A program made the position numbers and the translations under genes. From Vicugna vicugna (Eukaryota), in assembly GCA_013265495.1 (NCBI GenBank), contig MU058065.1:2643003-2707002 (forward strand): a stretch of DNA of 64,000 nucleotides, written 5' to 3'. Shown piece by piece: positions 1-14,100 of this stretch. Every line of letters starts with the position of its first letter. Within the stretch, counting starts at the first letter, position 1. The notes under the pieces were generated by a model. The model did no database searches, was not told the origin of the DNA, and saw nothing but the letters and a program-made list of their open reading frames with translations.

Positions 1-924
1 GGACGAACAATTATGCAAAATGATTAGTTGACTCCAACCCCTAAATGTAAAAGACTCCAACAGAATGCTGCCCCTTCTTGAGACCATTTGCCTGGTTAGT
101 AAATACTTTCTAAGCTTGTAGCTTGGCAGGTATAGTTGTATTTGCAAGGAGTTCCAGAGAACCTATTGTCTTGAAAGAATAAGATTCACTAAAGTCTTCA
201 CTTCTACATAAATAAATGCCCAAGGTCTATAACAGAGTCAGACTCCATGCTGGTCCCCTCATAGTTAATTTAAAAATTAAAGAAGTGCTTTGAACCCCTT
301 AAAAAGTGAAAGTGGTAGTCAGAATTGAATCTCTTCACTGGTGTGTTGTTTAGATGGTCATTACTTGACGTGTTTGGGAGGAAAGAGATAAAAGAAGTTA
401 GAATGATTGCTTCTTGATTATAAACCTAAGAGAGTATAGAGGATAAAGCTTTAAGTCAACCTAGATTTCCATCCCCAAAGACACAATAATCAAGGTTACC
501 CCCTTTCCCCGGCCCTTGTAGAATGACTACCATATGGACAAGAATCAATGAAAGCTCCTGCTTAACAGAATTATTTTGGGAGGTAAAATTTTTCATCAAA
601 AAATTCAACAGAGTTCTTTGATCATTCCTTTAGATGTGAAATTTGCTTTCTTTTACAGAATATTTCTTTTCAGTGGTATTTGACTGTACTGTCACTCCAA
701 TATTCTATTTCTATTTCACGGTATTAATAACTCTTTCTTCCTAGAGAAAATATTAACAAGGGTGGAATTACCTTAAGTGGCTCTGTGACCTCCAAGTATT
801 AAAAGGAATGTGATGATTTTGGGACTTGATTTTGGTTACATTACTGTTTCTTTTCCTGAGTTGATTATTATATAGTAGTTGGGAAATTGTTTACTTTTTC
901 TTTCATAGCAAATACAGTAATGCC

Positions 925-1140
925 ATAAGCTGTGGAAATGAACACTGGATTTGGCATCAGAAAAGCAGAAGTTGAATCTCATCTCTGGCACCTACTAATT
1001 GTGCAAGCTTGAAAAAGCTACTTAAATTCCATTTTGGTTTCTTCATCTGGAGAGTGAAAATAGATCATAGGCCCTACCTAATAGAGAGAGGTGCTATTAG
1101 ACCTCAAATACCATAATGATAGTGAAAAATCTGGAAATTA
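925..1140 (+). mobile_element. MIR SINE (degenerate)
   Basis: Resembles MIR core: GTGGAAATGAACACTGGATTTGGCATCAG...TTTCTTCATCTGGAGAGTGAAAATA. Confidence 0.7.
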
Positions 1141-3029
1141 GAAAGCACAAACAAGAATTATGTAGTTTTATTTCTATGAACAGTTTACCTTCCAAAGGTT
1201 CATTTTTCAGTTAGTTGTTTGGGACACAAAAGACATTGTTTCATAGACAATGCACTGTATGGAAGAGACTGTCAAATTTGTTCAGATAGTGGAACACCTG
1301 GAAAACATATGCTTTTTGGAAAACACCATAAAATACTGATATGCTTAATTCCATAATAGGAAATGGTAATACTCAATAATGGAAAATATGAATTAAGTGT
1401 ATATGTATGCAATATCAAATCACAGTCATAAGCATGTGTCCACAGAGAGCTTTTCTATTTATATCCTGGGTTCTTTGTTCAATTATCATTGATGCCTTGT
1501 TATCTGCTAGGCTAATTGCAGGTAGGAAGCAATGGTTAGCAAAGATTTAAGAAATATTAATGGAAAATTTTAAATCGAGAATATATTTCAAGTAGATGGA
1601 TTCTACTTCATCTTCCTCCCTGTCTCTCCACACCACTATGACTGAAACAGAACTAATTTGTGAATCATCATTATGTGGGAACAGAGATTGAGAACTACCA
1701 CCATAAAGGGTAATTCTGTACCCAGGCCAGCTTGCAAACATCTTTTTAATCCATAATGTGGCTGTTCTAACAGCAATAACAGCTATTTTATAACTGTATA
1801 AAACCAGTTTTTTTAGATTAGAAAATGCTGATTTTTGAAACGATGATGAAGATAAATTCTAATCGTCTTTATGGGTGCTTTTAGGATTAAAGAAAAGCAA
1901 CTTATAAAGTCCTTCTGTACATAAAAATGAAAATCACTGAGATTTAAAGCCCCAAGAAAGTTACTATTGCTGCTCTTGTTAGAAGGAAATATTCTTACTA
2001 GTCTGGTGAAGACTTTGTTTATGTGACAATTACACTGTTTTTCTTCTTCCCTCTTCCCCTACTACCTCATCACCTCACACTTAAACATACATATTATTGC
2101 CTGAAATCTGTTGGCCATCTGGTCAAATAATTCAGTGAAATGAAAGCATCAGACTCAAAAACATACCCTTGATTTAGGACAATTTGATAATCTAGCTCCT
2201 ATCTTCTACTGACACATACCAATTAATTACTAAATCATGGAAGTGAGAAGTCATTGTTTTCTTTGGAAATGTTTTCATTTCCATGGCTTGTGTATGAATT
2301 TTTCATCCAGCTTTACTTCTCCTCATGACCACAAGCCATCAAGACATAAAGCATCTACTGCTGTCACAATGGCCACAAAACAGTGTCAGGAGAATGAATT
2401 CAGATCCCAGTACTGCCCCCATTAAACCTGTAACTCCACTTCTGTGGACATTGGCTACCTTATCTTTAAAATAAGAAGATAAAGCTTAGGGACTTTATTA
2501 TACTAAACCAGACCTATGTTCCATCTTACATGAGCATCAGGGCCGTGGGCCTTGAAGAGCTTAGCTCTCCTACCTATTGTCCTCAAAGGCTCAGATGCAC
2601 AACAAGTTGACCCAACTTCCCTAATTAATCTGTAATCCATGTGCCATTCATGAATTTCTTTAGATGAAACTATAAAGACACAAGACATTTGTGTCTTTAG
2701 TGTGAGATGGATAATGACACTGTCAAATTTGCCCAAAACCCAGATCTCATCAGGTATATCTGAAAGAAGGGAGAACAATAAAGGTGGTGATTTGGTCACG
2801 GGCAAATATAGTCATGGTAACCTATACAACCTGTACATGAAATGATGGCCTGATGAAGGGTAAAGGGTGCAATGTGTTGCTGTTCCCCCAATCAATCCAT
2901 TTAGGAACCATCAGGAGGGTAACTGGGTCCTGTGATTTTCTGCAGATGGAAACAAAAGGAAACTAAGAAAGGTAGATTTAAGATGCAAATATGACATACT
3001 AAGAAGCTAAATGTTAAAGAATGAATTAC

Positions 3030-3475
3030 TTTTGAAATTCTTCATGCCCTCTCTGTATCAGAATTAATACCCATGCTCTTTACCATGTGACTCCACAGGA
3101 CCAACCAGTAGTGTGGCTGGAATCTATTTTCCCACCCAGTGGTGTTGGACTGCATTATGTGACTTACTTTAACTAACAGAATATAAGTGGAAGTGCCAGT
3201 GCCAGTCCCAGGCTGAGCCCTGCATCCTGTGATGTGTCATGAGAATACATCCCTCACTATCACTGGTCCAAAGGAAATGAAGAGCCATGTGGAACAGATG
3301 TGAACCCAACCTATAGTTTTCAATCAAGCCCAGACTACCTGAAGCCTGATACAGAGCTATTCTAGCCATCCCACGAATTTCTGAGCAAGGGAAACAAATG
3401 CTTAAGGTTTGCACGCCTCGCATTTTGAGGTCATTTGTTATGCAGCCTTACTGTGGTCATAACAAACTAAAGCAC
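3030..3475 (+). mobile_element. MLT1 (ERVL-MaLR) solo LTR, MLT1I/J-like
   Basis: CATGTGACT...GTGACTTACTTTAACTAACAGAATATAAGTGGAAGTG, with 3' end TTTGAGGTCATTTGTTATGCAGC...AACTAAAGCA. Confidence 0.75.
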
Positions 3476-3599
3476 CTAGAAAATTTTATTTAATGTGTTA
3501 GAAGGTGGAATTAGCTATCAATAAATTAGATAGTAAGTCTACTTAACTTCGCTTTATTTCTTTCTGTCTCCTTGTGCTCTTCCCTTTCTTTCTTTCTTC

Positions 3600-4500
3600 C
3601 ATTCTTTTCCTCCATCCCTTTCTTCCATAAATATTTGTCTACCAAGGGTTCACAACTGTGCTGGCTGAGAAAAGGGATGATACCAGCCCTGTTCCTATGA
3701 AAAATGACAGATATAATAAGTGTTACGAAGAAGCAGTGTGACAGAGAGGCATGCACCTGAAGAAGTTAACCTGTTCTGGAGAGTTTCCCAGAGGGCAGGA
3801 GAGTTCAAGATGAAGGACAAGCATCAGAGAGGGGAAGAGAAAAGAAACTTTTCAGGAGATAGAAAAGCATGCACAAAGACCCTGACAGGGAAGAAAACAG
3901 GGTTTAAGAACAAAGCAAACATCATCGTTATTAACGACAACAAAAACGACAAAAACGACAAGAAAAATGGAAGGCAAAGATTAAGAGGGAAAGTGTTGCC
4001 AGACACAGTCAGGAAAGTAGGCAGATTTGTAGGCCTTTGTAGGCATTTTTGAACTATTTTCATAGAGGAATTGAGACTCACTGGAGAATTTGAAGCCCAA
4101 TGTGCTTTAGCCTTTAGGTTTGAAAAAAGATCCCCTGGGTCTCAGAGCAGAGAATTGATTGGAGGAAGGAAAGTATGGACCCAGAGGGTTGTAGGTTTCT
4201 GCAGTAATGTGAATGCAATGTTCTTGGCTTGTCTAAGAGGAAGGCAGTGAAAATGGTGAGCAGTGGTGGAACTGGAGAGACAGGGAAGCATGTAACATGA
4301 TTGGATATGGAGGCTGAGGAGGAGAAAATAGTTAAGGATGCTTCTGGGTTGTTCAAATGGGTGGAGTTGGTGTATTTTCCTGAGTGAGAGAACACTAGAT
4401 TAGGAGCAGATGTTGGTGAGGATGTCATGAGTTCATATTTGAATTTGTTGAGTCTCATGTATGTATGAGACATCAACTAGAGTATTGAGGCCAGAGTCTG
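3600..4500 (-). mobile_element. L2 LINE 3' fragment
   Basis: Reverse L2 3' signature (CATAAATATTTGTCTAC...) and L2 body (...GAGTTCATATTTGAATTTGTTGAGTCT). Confidence 0.75.
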
Positions 4501-4539
4501 ATATGCTGTAAATATATTTCTAGATTGAATAGCAATAAA

Positions 4540-5465
4540 CCCTAAAATTGAATGCCACCCTACCTTCTAACCCCTGACTGATTTCATGCTTGAAGAAAAC
4601 CTTCAACCTATCCCAATGAATATAAGACTAAATAGACAAAAATATAATAAACAATTGAAATTCTTAGAAAATTTTTTAATGAAAGAAATCAGATGTTTGA
4701 TGTAGTAGTCAGGTGAAAAAGGCTTCTCAGGAAGCTAACAGAGTAAATCCAGAAAGATGATAAGGGATCTAGAAAATGAGGGATCCAATAGAAGAAAAAG
4801 GCAATGGAACACTAAAGTGGATAGTTAAGATGACACTTGTGGGGAAGCCAGAAAGAGTAATCAGAGCAGAAGAATGGACCCCTGAGGAAGATGTCTCCAA
4901 GGGGGAAAAATGACAGAATATTTGATGAGTATGAACTTATCGAAAAGAAACATCTAGTCTAGTAGAGAATGGAAATGAATTAGCAAAAGTACTTAGAATG
5001 CTTAACTAACAACAGCATGAAAAAGGTAATGACTAAATCCACAAGAGGAAAAATGATGACAGTGTACTACATGACCTAATTGGGAGTAAAATTTGAGTAG
5101 TTATAATTAAGTAACCCCTAATAATTAATTTAATTCAAAAAGGTGATATAACTATTTGGGGAAGATGGAGGATGGTGGAGGACTTGGAAGAGAGTTAATG
5201 CACCATTTTGTTTAAGGAAAGAATTTAATATATAGCATATAAGACTGGAAAAAAACATTAATAGCTTTGTAATGGCATCATTTAAAACTCTTGAGGTACA
5301 AACCGGAAGAAATAGCTAAAGGAGGTGTTTTGCCAACAAAGAGGAATAGGGAGAGAAGAGGTGAAGGGATACTTTTTTAAAGTCATAAACCAGGTAGTAT
5401 TTGACTTTAGAAAATATGTGCATGTATCACTTTTGTTTAAAAAATATATGTTTAAAAAAAGTAAA
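4540..5465 (+). mobile_element. HAL1/old L1M fragment
   Basis: A-rich ORF1-like body and HAL1-type 3' end GTAGTATTTGACTTTAGAAAATATGTGCATGTATCACTTTTG. Confidence 0.6.
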
Positions 5466-6149
5466 GACAAAAGCAATTGTCAGACTTCTGGTAGGCACAA
5501 CTTTCTTTTACTGGAATACTCTGGTTGAGCACAAATTTGTAATTTAAACACTCTGGCAACCTATACTTTGACTATTAAATTCTTCAGTGCAGGGAACAGC
5601 TTCTATTTCAGAAGGGCAAGTATGATAACCAGTAAATGGGAATCTTCCTCAAAAGTAGTCAAAATACCTGCCTGAGAACAGGTGCTGTCAGTCAAACCCT
5701 GGAGCTCACACCTCTTCCCTGGCCAGCCCCGACGTCCTCCTCTCCTTTTTAAGCACACACCCACCACCCACTTCTCCACATCAGTCCCACCACTGCCCCA
5801 CTGCTGCTGTAACGCATATAGAACTTTTCCATCTTCTTGTCTCCCGGCTATCTCTGAATTAATCAAGAAAACCCTCTTTGGAATGTTGGGCTTTTTATAT
5901 CTCCCTTCTGCAGGACTTACAAAAATAACAAACATCAGGGAAATGACAAGGCTCTCAGTGTCTCACAGAATAAGTTCTAGCCCAAGTTGTGTTGGTTTTC
6001 ATTAAACAGTAACAGAGCTACATTTAATCTTCTCCTACCATTTCTTAGGTTCCATTCTGAGAAGATCCTAAGGCTGCCTGCCCTGAAAACCCTTGAGGAG
6101 ATCTGTGTCATTTTCAGTTTTATTATGGTATGAATAAACTCTTCTCATT

Positions 6150-6560
6150 CAACACACATTAAGTTATTCACGTAGCTCCAGGCACACCAGTCTCCTGATG
6201 GTCACTAGAATACATCAAACACCTTCCCACCTCAGGGTCCCGTCTATCTGGACCACTCCTCCCATGGATATCCACGTGATGCAATGCCTCACTTCCTTCA
6301 GCTCTTTTCTCAACCATCATCTTGCCCATGAAGCTTTCCTGACTGCTCTAAAATTACAGCCCTCTTTGAGTACTCCCAACACTATGTCCATACCACTTAC
6401 TGCCATTTAAAATACTCTCTTTACTTATTGTTTATTGCTTGCCTTTCCTTCAGAAGGAAAATTCATGACAACAGGAAATTTTGTCCATTTTTTCAACACC
6501 ATGTCAACAACAGTTTCTGGCATAGGTATTCAATAAATATTTTTTGAATAAATTAAATCA
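6150..6560 (+). mobile_element. L2 LINE 3' end
   Basis: Ends ACAGTTTCTGGCATAGGTATTCAATAAATATTTTTTGAATAAAT, the L2 terminal motif. Confidence 0.8.
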
Positions 6561-7162
6561 CATCAATTAATAATAGATCTTAAGCCCAGGTACAGTGAAT
6601 AGTAAAACATTTAAAGCATCTTCCAACAAAAAAAAGACCATGAATGTGAGAAATACCTTAGATTAATTCAAAATATTAATACTTTTAATCTTAGGTCTAA
6701 ATATTAGATGCTGGAAGAGGAAAAATGCCCATTTTCTTATATAGTAGTGGGTGGTCAATACATATTTATCGAATGACACTGTAGAAGGCAGAGGACATAT
6801 TTCAATGTAAAACTATAGTCTCATGCTGCTCCAAAGATTCATGTAAGTCATTATAAGCAAAAAGTCTTGGCAGTGCAACAGGATGCATGTGTGCAGAGTG
6901 ATGGGAGGAAGCAGAATCTGCATAGCCAGCACCAGATTACTCTTGGTCCTCTCAGCCACAGTCAACGTCTGCAATATTTAACATGGAGAGACATAGTCAG
7001 TTTTCTATTTTATGAAGAAACCTCCCTCGTGGAAATGAAGAGGGTGGATTGGGAAGGTTGGACAATGTTGGCCAAGACAATCCAGGTAGGAGATGATGGG
7101 GACCTGAAGTGAGACATTGAAGGTAGGATAGAGAGGAAGATGTGGAGACACAAATAGTCAGC

Positions 7163-7804
7163 CAGTCAAACCCTCATACATTCCTGGTGGGATGCGACTT
7201 TGGAAAACTGTTCAACAGTTCCTCAAAATGTTAAGCATGGAGTTACCATATGATCCAGAAATTCCATTCCTAGGTATCTACCCAATAACTTGAGAGGATA
7301 TGTCCATACGAAGCCTCGTGCACGCATGTTATTCATAATAGCCCCAAAGTGGAAACAACCCAAATGTCCATCAACTGATGAATGGATAAACAAAATGTGG
7401 GGTATCCATACATCGGAATGTTATTTGGCCATAAAAAAGGAATAAAGTACTGATACATACTACAGTGTGGATGAACCTTGAATATGTTCTGCTAAGTAAA
7501 AGAAGACAGCCACCAAAGACCACACATTGTACAATTCCATTTATGTAAAATATACAAATTAGACAAACTCATAGAGACAGAAAATAGATTAATGGTTGCC
7601 AGGCACTGGGGAAAGAATGTAAAGGGAGTGGCTTCTAATGTGTATAGAGTTTCCTTTTGGGGTAATAAAAATATTCTGGAATTGGAGTGTGGTAATGGTT
7701 GTACAATTCTATTAATATACTAAAACTACTGTATTGTATATACTTTAAAAGGGTAATTTTTATGTTATACAAATTATATCTCAATAAGGCTGTTTTTTTT
7801 AAAG
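7163..7804 (+). mobile_element. L1MB-like 3' fragment inserted into an L2 (minus strand, ~7000-7150 and 7815-7900)
   Basis: L1 3' motifs (GAGTTACCATATGATCCAG, AAACAACCCAAATGTCCATCAACTGATGAATGGATAAAC). TSD-like AAATAGTCAGC (7152-7162) / AAATAATCAGC (7805-7815). Confidence 0.85.
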
Positions 7805-9668
7805 AAATAATCAGCAAGTAAAATGGACAGACTTTGGTGATGTATTGAATATGAAGGATGAAGGCAAGGGTAAAGTAGAAGGAACTTGGGCCTTTCATTT
7901 TGTATAACTGATGAAAAGATCATGATCTTTTCCCAAAATAACTTTAGGAAATAAAAGGGGGATAGGCAGGGAGATGCCAAAAAATAAATAGGGGATGGGC
8001 AAAATATGTCAATGGTAAGTAAATATATGAATGGAATGAATAGTGGAGCTTTCCTTGTTTTGTTAAAATAATTTATCTCAGAAGGGGGATAAATGATGGA
8101 AATAGTATACTGTTCTAAAAATATAATCATATATGTATACACACAAAAAGTATATAATCAAATGAGTCAAATTTGATTAAGAAGTCAAGTATAAATTGTT
8201 CAGCCAAGAAATACAAAGACAGTAAGTTACAACAACAATGCAAATGTCATTTGGAAGGAATAGGTTTGAAACGGCATAACTTCAGCATAGAGAATTATTT
8301 TGACCCATGAAACAGTTTATATTTTGCCACATTCTGCTGGCTAAATTGCATGGGAAAAATTGGAAAAGGAGTTCAAGTAAAATCTGATCTTTAAGGACTT
8401 CATGGGTTGGTGGCCTAGAAGAAATATTCTCAGACATAAACATGCAGATCTTATGTATTTGGTGCCAATACTGTCAACCTTAGAAGTTGATAAGAGCACA
8501 AATACTTGGAACAAAATACCTCAAGTTGCATGGTTGCCACTACTGGCTACTCCTGACCCAGCTCTGCCATTTGCACCTGTGCAGGGATAGAGCAAAGGGG
8601 TTTGAGCTTGACCTGTCTGTCTCCAGTTCTGGACTGTGGAACTGAACCCTCCTTCCCAGGGCTCCTCCGTGTTTGCATGGTTTCTTTGAGCCAGGAGTAC
8701 TATGCCTCAATCCCTTGTAGGGCAAAGAGGGTTTATATTAGAAGAGATTGGAGATGATATTCCTGTTTTTATGCAGGAAAATGTACCCCTTTCCAATCAG
8801 GTGAGCTCTTCCTTACCCCACAGACCAATCCAATAGTATGGGGGAGGCACTTGACTTCAAATCATTGTTCTATGTGATGAATATCTATCTTAAAAGCAAT
8901 GCCAACAGTTAACAATGCTCATGTATCCACCATACGTCAAACAGAATATAGAACTCATGTATGCAGGTCACATGGCTGGCAAATAGAAGAATCAGAGTTA
9001 AACCCAGGGACACCAATGTGAAATCATACTCCTTTCACTGCAACATGTTTTTTCTCCACTGGGAATGTCTGCTAGGAATAACAAACATCTTGGTTTCCCC
9101 CAGCACATTTTTGCCAAAGCATTATCCCCAAAGAGGGCTGTCATTCTACTCAGAAACCTGCAATGCTCCTCACCTCACAGAAACACAGTATTAGTCCCAC
9201 AGCCCATTAACACTGCTGCCTTTAAGCATTGTAGTATCTAAACCATTTAAAAAGAGTTCCACCCTGAGATGGATTTCATCCATCTTTTAAGAAATAGTTT
9301 CCTTTTCTTTCCAAACTGCCCTTCGGCAACCCAGCCTCGCATATCTAACACCCTTGGTGTTTGCTACACTGCCGAGCCAAGTCCATGTTTCATTTAGGGA
9401 TTATTTTATTCAGAAAAACTGGAACTCAACGTTGCGATTTTGGACCCATGAAATACAAAGAAAATAACTGCCATACCTGATTAACACTGAATAATTTAGA
9501 ATTAATCAAAGTGTATTTTAAGCGGAAAGCCTAAGCTAACACATTCAGAATATGAGCATATGATTGCTCATTAAAAAATGAGGCATTTTAAAGTTTAATC
9601 AGATTTAGAATCAGCATTTTAGTTGTAGCAACACTTGACAGTCTTTTCATTTCCTTTGTCTCCCACAG

Positions 9669-9774
9669 ATGCATTTTCTCCCAAGTCCAGATATTTTAGT
9701 TTTTCTCTATGGTAGTACTTATTTTAAGCTGTACTATCACGCAGTTGCTCCTCCTTTCTTCACGTCAATAGAAG
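9669..9774 (+). other. Candidate spliced exon (106 nt), coding status unknown
   Basis: Branch-like CTTGAC, strong tract cttttcatttcctttgtctcccacAG, donor AAG|GTATGT. One frame is open throughout (MHFLPSPDILVFLYGSTYFKLYYHAVAPPFFTSIE). Confidence 0.3.
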
Positions 9775-12044
9775 GTATGTGGGAGCACAGCCCTACGGAG
9801 TTAAAGATGGGGCCAGAGGCAGAGTGAGTAGCCATTTCGAGGAACAGGAGGTTGTGCAGAGGAAATGCAGTTCTAGAAATGTGAGTAGAAGGCTGGGGAA
9901 GCAAGAGGGTGCTGTAACCCAATAAAAGTCGGATCCCACGAGCCCCAGTCTCGGAAAGGTGCTACATAGAGAGGAGTATCATCAGTTGAGAGCAAGAAAA
10001 ATAATCACATTACTTGTTTATCTATTTTTGAAAACTAATTTATAACCCACTAATCATACCATGTATTGTCCCCTTTCTCACATTACTCTTCATTCTAGAA
10101 TCCTCTCATTTCCTTCAACTGTGCCAACACATTTTTCTCCCTTGCTCAGTTCTTAGCTCCCCTCCCAGTACCCAATGTGCTTGTCAAATGGTGTTTGCCC
10201 TTTATTTTCTTACCTTTCCTTCTCACTTTTCTAATCCTCTCTCCCCACCCCCTACTCCTATTTCCTGCAATTTGAACCACATGTCTACTGCAGAGGATAA
10301 CTGTACTTCTGTGGGGTGTGGGAATGAAGTCCTTATGCCATGGGAGCTACTGAGGGTTGAGATGCCTAATATCCTAATTACTTTTCCAGCGGCCTTTCCT
10401 TCTAATGGGCAATGCTCTGCTCTTACAGAATCAACAACTCAAGTTCTTCCAATAAAACTTTATTGGCTTCCCACTTATGCTGTAAACAAAAAGTTCAAAG
10501 CCCCTTTGCCTGAGTGATTGCCTGAAGCCATAGCCCATTTATCTGATTTGAAGCAGAGCAGGTCCTCAAGTAGGAAGAGAGATGGAGATGAATACATTTA
10601 TAGAAGTTGAAGCCTTTCCTGCATTTTCCAATAATCCAATTTGGCCAAACCTCACTTGCAAAAACTCAGTCATGAGTTGAATTGAGACTTAAACCAGATG
10701 TTCAAGGAAGACTTTTATGCAAGTTATGAGCCTATAATCTAATCTGTTAAAATATTTAGAAATACATTTAAAATATTTAAACATATGTTAAAATAATATC
10801 ATCAAACCTGGATAAGCATGACCGGGGATCATGCAATTACGATCAGGCCCCAAGGCAAGCACATTAAAATTAGTTATCAGGGAACAGAATAGCCATCAGT
10901 TTGCTGTGCAAACTTGGGCATGCAACTTCTCTGAGTTTCAGTTTTTTGACTTCAAAATAAAGGACTGGATAGTCTGGTCAATCATTTCAGCTGCCAGATT
11001 TTATGATTTTAAGTTAAGTGGGTTGTTTTCAACTCTCATTTTCATGTCACCTCTGATAAGATTCTAAAGCTTTCCTACATTCTCCTTTATATGTTTTGAT
11101 GTGAAAAGACAAAGGGAATCTAACCTACACTTGTTACACCAGAGGCAAGATCCAGAGACAACTGGAAGATTTAATATTATTATCCCTAATCACTCTAACA
11201 AGTGTTGATTTCCCTTATTATTTTTCTGGACCACCTCTAGCTTTTTATGTTTCTGATCCAACTTAATTTCAAAGCACGTGACACTTTATAGACCTTGGGA
11301 CATTATATTTTCTATGTGAGTTTTGAAGAATTACTTTTATTTTCATTAGGTATTCGTGCTGCTCAGTGAAAGGCATTAACTACTGCCTTAACTTTGTGTG
11401 TTCATCAGGCTTCTTTCAAAGGGCCTTGTCCCTGGAGTCTGCAGAATGATAGACGTGGTTGCTAAAATGCTGAAATGCTAAAAATAAATCCTAGTAAGAT
11501 TTACCATATAATCGCATAACTTCAAAAGTGAGGGTTCTAAAGCTGCCCATTGCAGAATTGTTCTTACCGCAGCTAATTATACTGTACTAATGGATTCATA
11601 CACTGAATTACTGAAGCTGCTCTTCGGTCAACCCTCTCTAATGTGGGGACATCATTTACGAAGGTTGTGTCTCACAGTTGACCAAACTGAAGCAACAATA
11701 ATGATATGCAAATTATTTGTTACCTCTATTTTTAAAGAATTATTAATTTTCCCTTAATGCCAGAAAAATTAAGGACCTCTTAGACTCTCCAGCCACATGG
11801 ATTGAATTTGATTAAACTGTGTATATGCACTTGTTTGAATCTGACCAGTAATTCCACTTGCATAAAATTTTGCTTCACATTAGACAATAAAATGCAACCA
11901 AGTAACAGAAAAATGGAAATATTTTAAGGCTACAAGGATCCTAGACAATTTGGAAAATGGCTGTTTATACTCTCCTATTTTGGGGAGGCCCTCTTTTTCC
12001 TTCTTCAGCACTCTTTTCCTTAATACAGGAAGGACATTGGCCAC

Positions 12045-12535
12045 CTGGCATAGATTGTAAAAAGGACCACAGATTCTTTCCTTGCCTCTATCCTCCCACT
12101 TTGTGATGTGACCTTTGCAGCTCCTTCCGTCTAGCAGCAAAACCTATGCTTCAGTCTTTGAATCTGGAATGGTCTTGTGACTTGCTTTGACCAAAGGAAT
12201 GTTGTGGAAGAAACACTGTTCCAGTGCTCAGCCTAGAACCAAAAATATATTTCATGCTTCCATTTGTTCTTGGACCCCTGTGTGCATCATTTGAGCAAAC
12301 TTGGACTAGCCTGCTGTAGGATGAGTCCAGATGGAGAATTCATCCTAGTTGTACCAGCCAAGGCTCTGGAAATGTGACCTAAAGTAGCCTAAAATGTCCC
12401 AAACTAGCCTGGACCAGAAGACTCACTCAGCTGAGCTCAATCTACTTTGTCACCCACAGAAATATAGGCTCAGCGAATGGTTCTTGTTTATGCTTGTAAG
12501 TTTTGAAAGGAGCAAGTGATAACTAACATAATACC
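12045..12535 (+). mobile_element. MLT1 solo LTR (F/G/H/J-like)
   Basis: GATGTGACCTTTGCAGCTCCTTCC...TTGAATCTGG...TGTGACTTGCTTTGACCAAAGGAATGT. Confidence 0.75.
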
Positions 12536-13029
12536 CAAAGTGCCATGCCAGACATCTCCTATAGTTTATTTGTACCTAAATCATCTTACTTTTTAAACTT
12601 ACAGTTTATATTCCTTGGCAATCCAAATTGTCTAAATGGGTTAGCTAAAACAAGCTAAGCTGATAAATTCCTATAAGATGTAAATGATTCTCCCAGAGAT
12701 AACTTGCATTTAAAAATGGAACTTTCCCAAGTTAATCTTAATTGTTAGAATTTAAGGATGATACATAGATTGTCCCTCCCTCCCCCAAAACACTTCCAGG
12801 GTAGACCATGACATGTGGGGAATAGATATTGGCTGCTCTGCCATCTTGGTTTTCATTTCCTTTAATATATGAAGGTAGAATATATTGATTTTTAATAATA
12901 TCTTATTACCTTTTTAACACCTTTTGAAGCTAAAGCATTCTCTCTAATTTGTGTTTTAGTTTTTTATGAAAGCAAGTTTTTTTTTTATTGAAAAAAGAGA
13001 ATGCATGCTCACTCAGGAGAAGCTGACTA

Positions 13030-13260
13030 ATGTTATTCATTTTGCAAACATTCATCAAGCACTTATTTTAGGCTGGGTACTGATCTACACTCATGTATAT
13101 TGTCTCAGTTCATTCTTACAGCAACATTATGCAGGAGATACTAGTTCCATGTTTTTGCAGATGAAGAAAATAAGGTATGGAAAACCTACACGACTTATCC
13201 AAGGTTACACAGGCCCCAAGGCCCAAAGTTCAACCCCAGAGTTCTACTCTATACTCTAAG
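13030..13260 (-). mobile_element. MIR SINE
   Basis: Reverse MIR core TTTTGCAGATGAAGAAAATAAGG...ACTTATCCAAGGTTACAC. Confidence 0.7.
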
Positions 13261-13929
13261 GGAATATCCAGCATCATATCAAACAAATATCGTAGCTGTC
13301 AACAGTGTATAGTCCACTTATCTTCATGTACTTTGGACTTTTATATGTAGTAAGCAGTTTTAGATAAAATAAATACATTGTAGTATTTGATACATAGCCT
13401 TATTTTATAAAACAAAGACATTCATAAAATATCAACACCAGGTACCTCTTCCCTAATTTTTATACATCCTTTAATAAATAAAGCTTCATGTGACCAAGAC
13501 AGCTACTGGAGTCATTCCCAGTCTAACTTAGAGCTTGACTGTGGCTTTCATTGGCAATACAGAGTAACAGCTCTTTGCTGTGGACATCTTGGAAGACTGA
13601 GGGGATGATTTTCCCAGAATGCTCCTCAAGAACAGAAGAATATAGTGTTAAATGTATTTATACAAAACATCTTATTCTTCATACTATTTTTATCACTGAA
13701 TTGAGCAGCAGGCAAATAATGAACTCACTCTTAAAATGATGAAGCTTAACCATATATTTTAGACAATGATTCGGTCATTCTGTAACGTTCAATGTTAATT
13801 TAAATGCAGAGCTCGCTGCAGGAAGAAACCTTTTCTGCCTTTATAAAAGCAAAAACATTTACCAGTGAAATGGACCTTTTATGCAAGAGCTGTAAGGTGA
13901 TGTGAGGTAAAGGGATTCACCACAGTTGT

Positions 13930-14100
13930 AGCATTATAACATTCCTCATAAGAAAAACTGAATTCAACTAATTGGTTGCTTTTACAGCCCATGCAACATC
14001 TGCACTTAAATTATTAAGCATCACTAACGTTCTAGAATCTCCCCCGGAAAGCAGGAACCAAGCTGTTTTGCAGGCTCTCATAGATGACTCATCTTAGACC
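13930..14100. promoter_or_regulatory. Putative enhancer (AP-1/TEAD/ETS motifs)
   Basis: AGATGACTCATCT (14082-14094), ACATTCCT (13939-13946), CCGGAAA (14044-14050). Confidence 0.35.

Noticed and set aside
1295..1390. Cluster of TGGAAAA (NFAT-like) motifs
   Set aside because: Short A-rich motif expected by chance in AT-rich DNA.
3933..3965. Short AAAACGACA tandem repeat
   Set aside because: Small microsatellite-like expansion inside L2 with no further structure.
9772..9774. Possible 3-nt AAG microexon (tcaatAG|AAG|GTATGT)
   Set aside because: No host gene evidence on the + strand; the same donor is better explained by the stronger acceptor at 9669.
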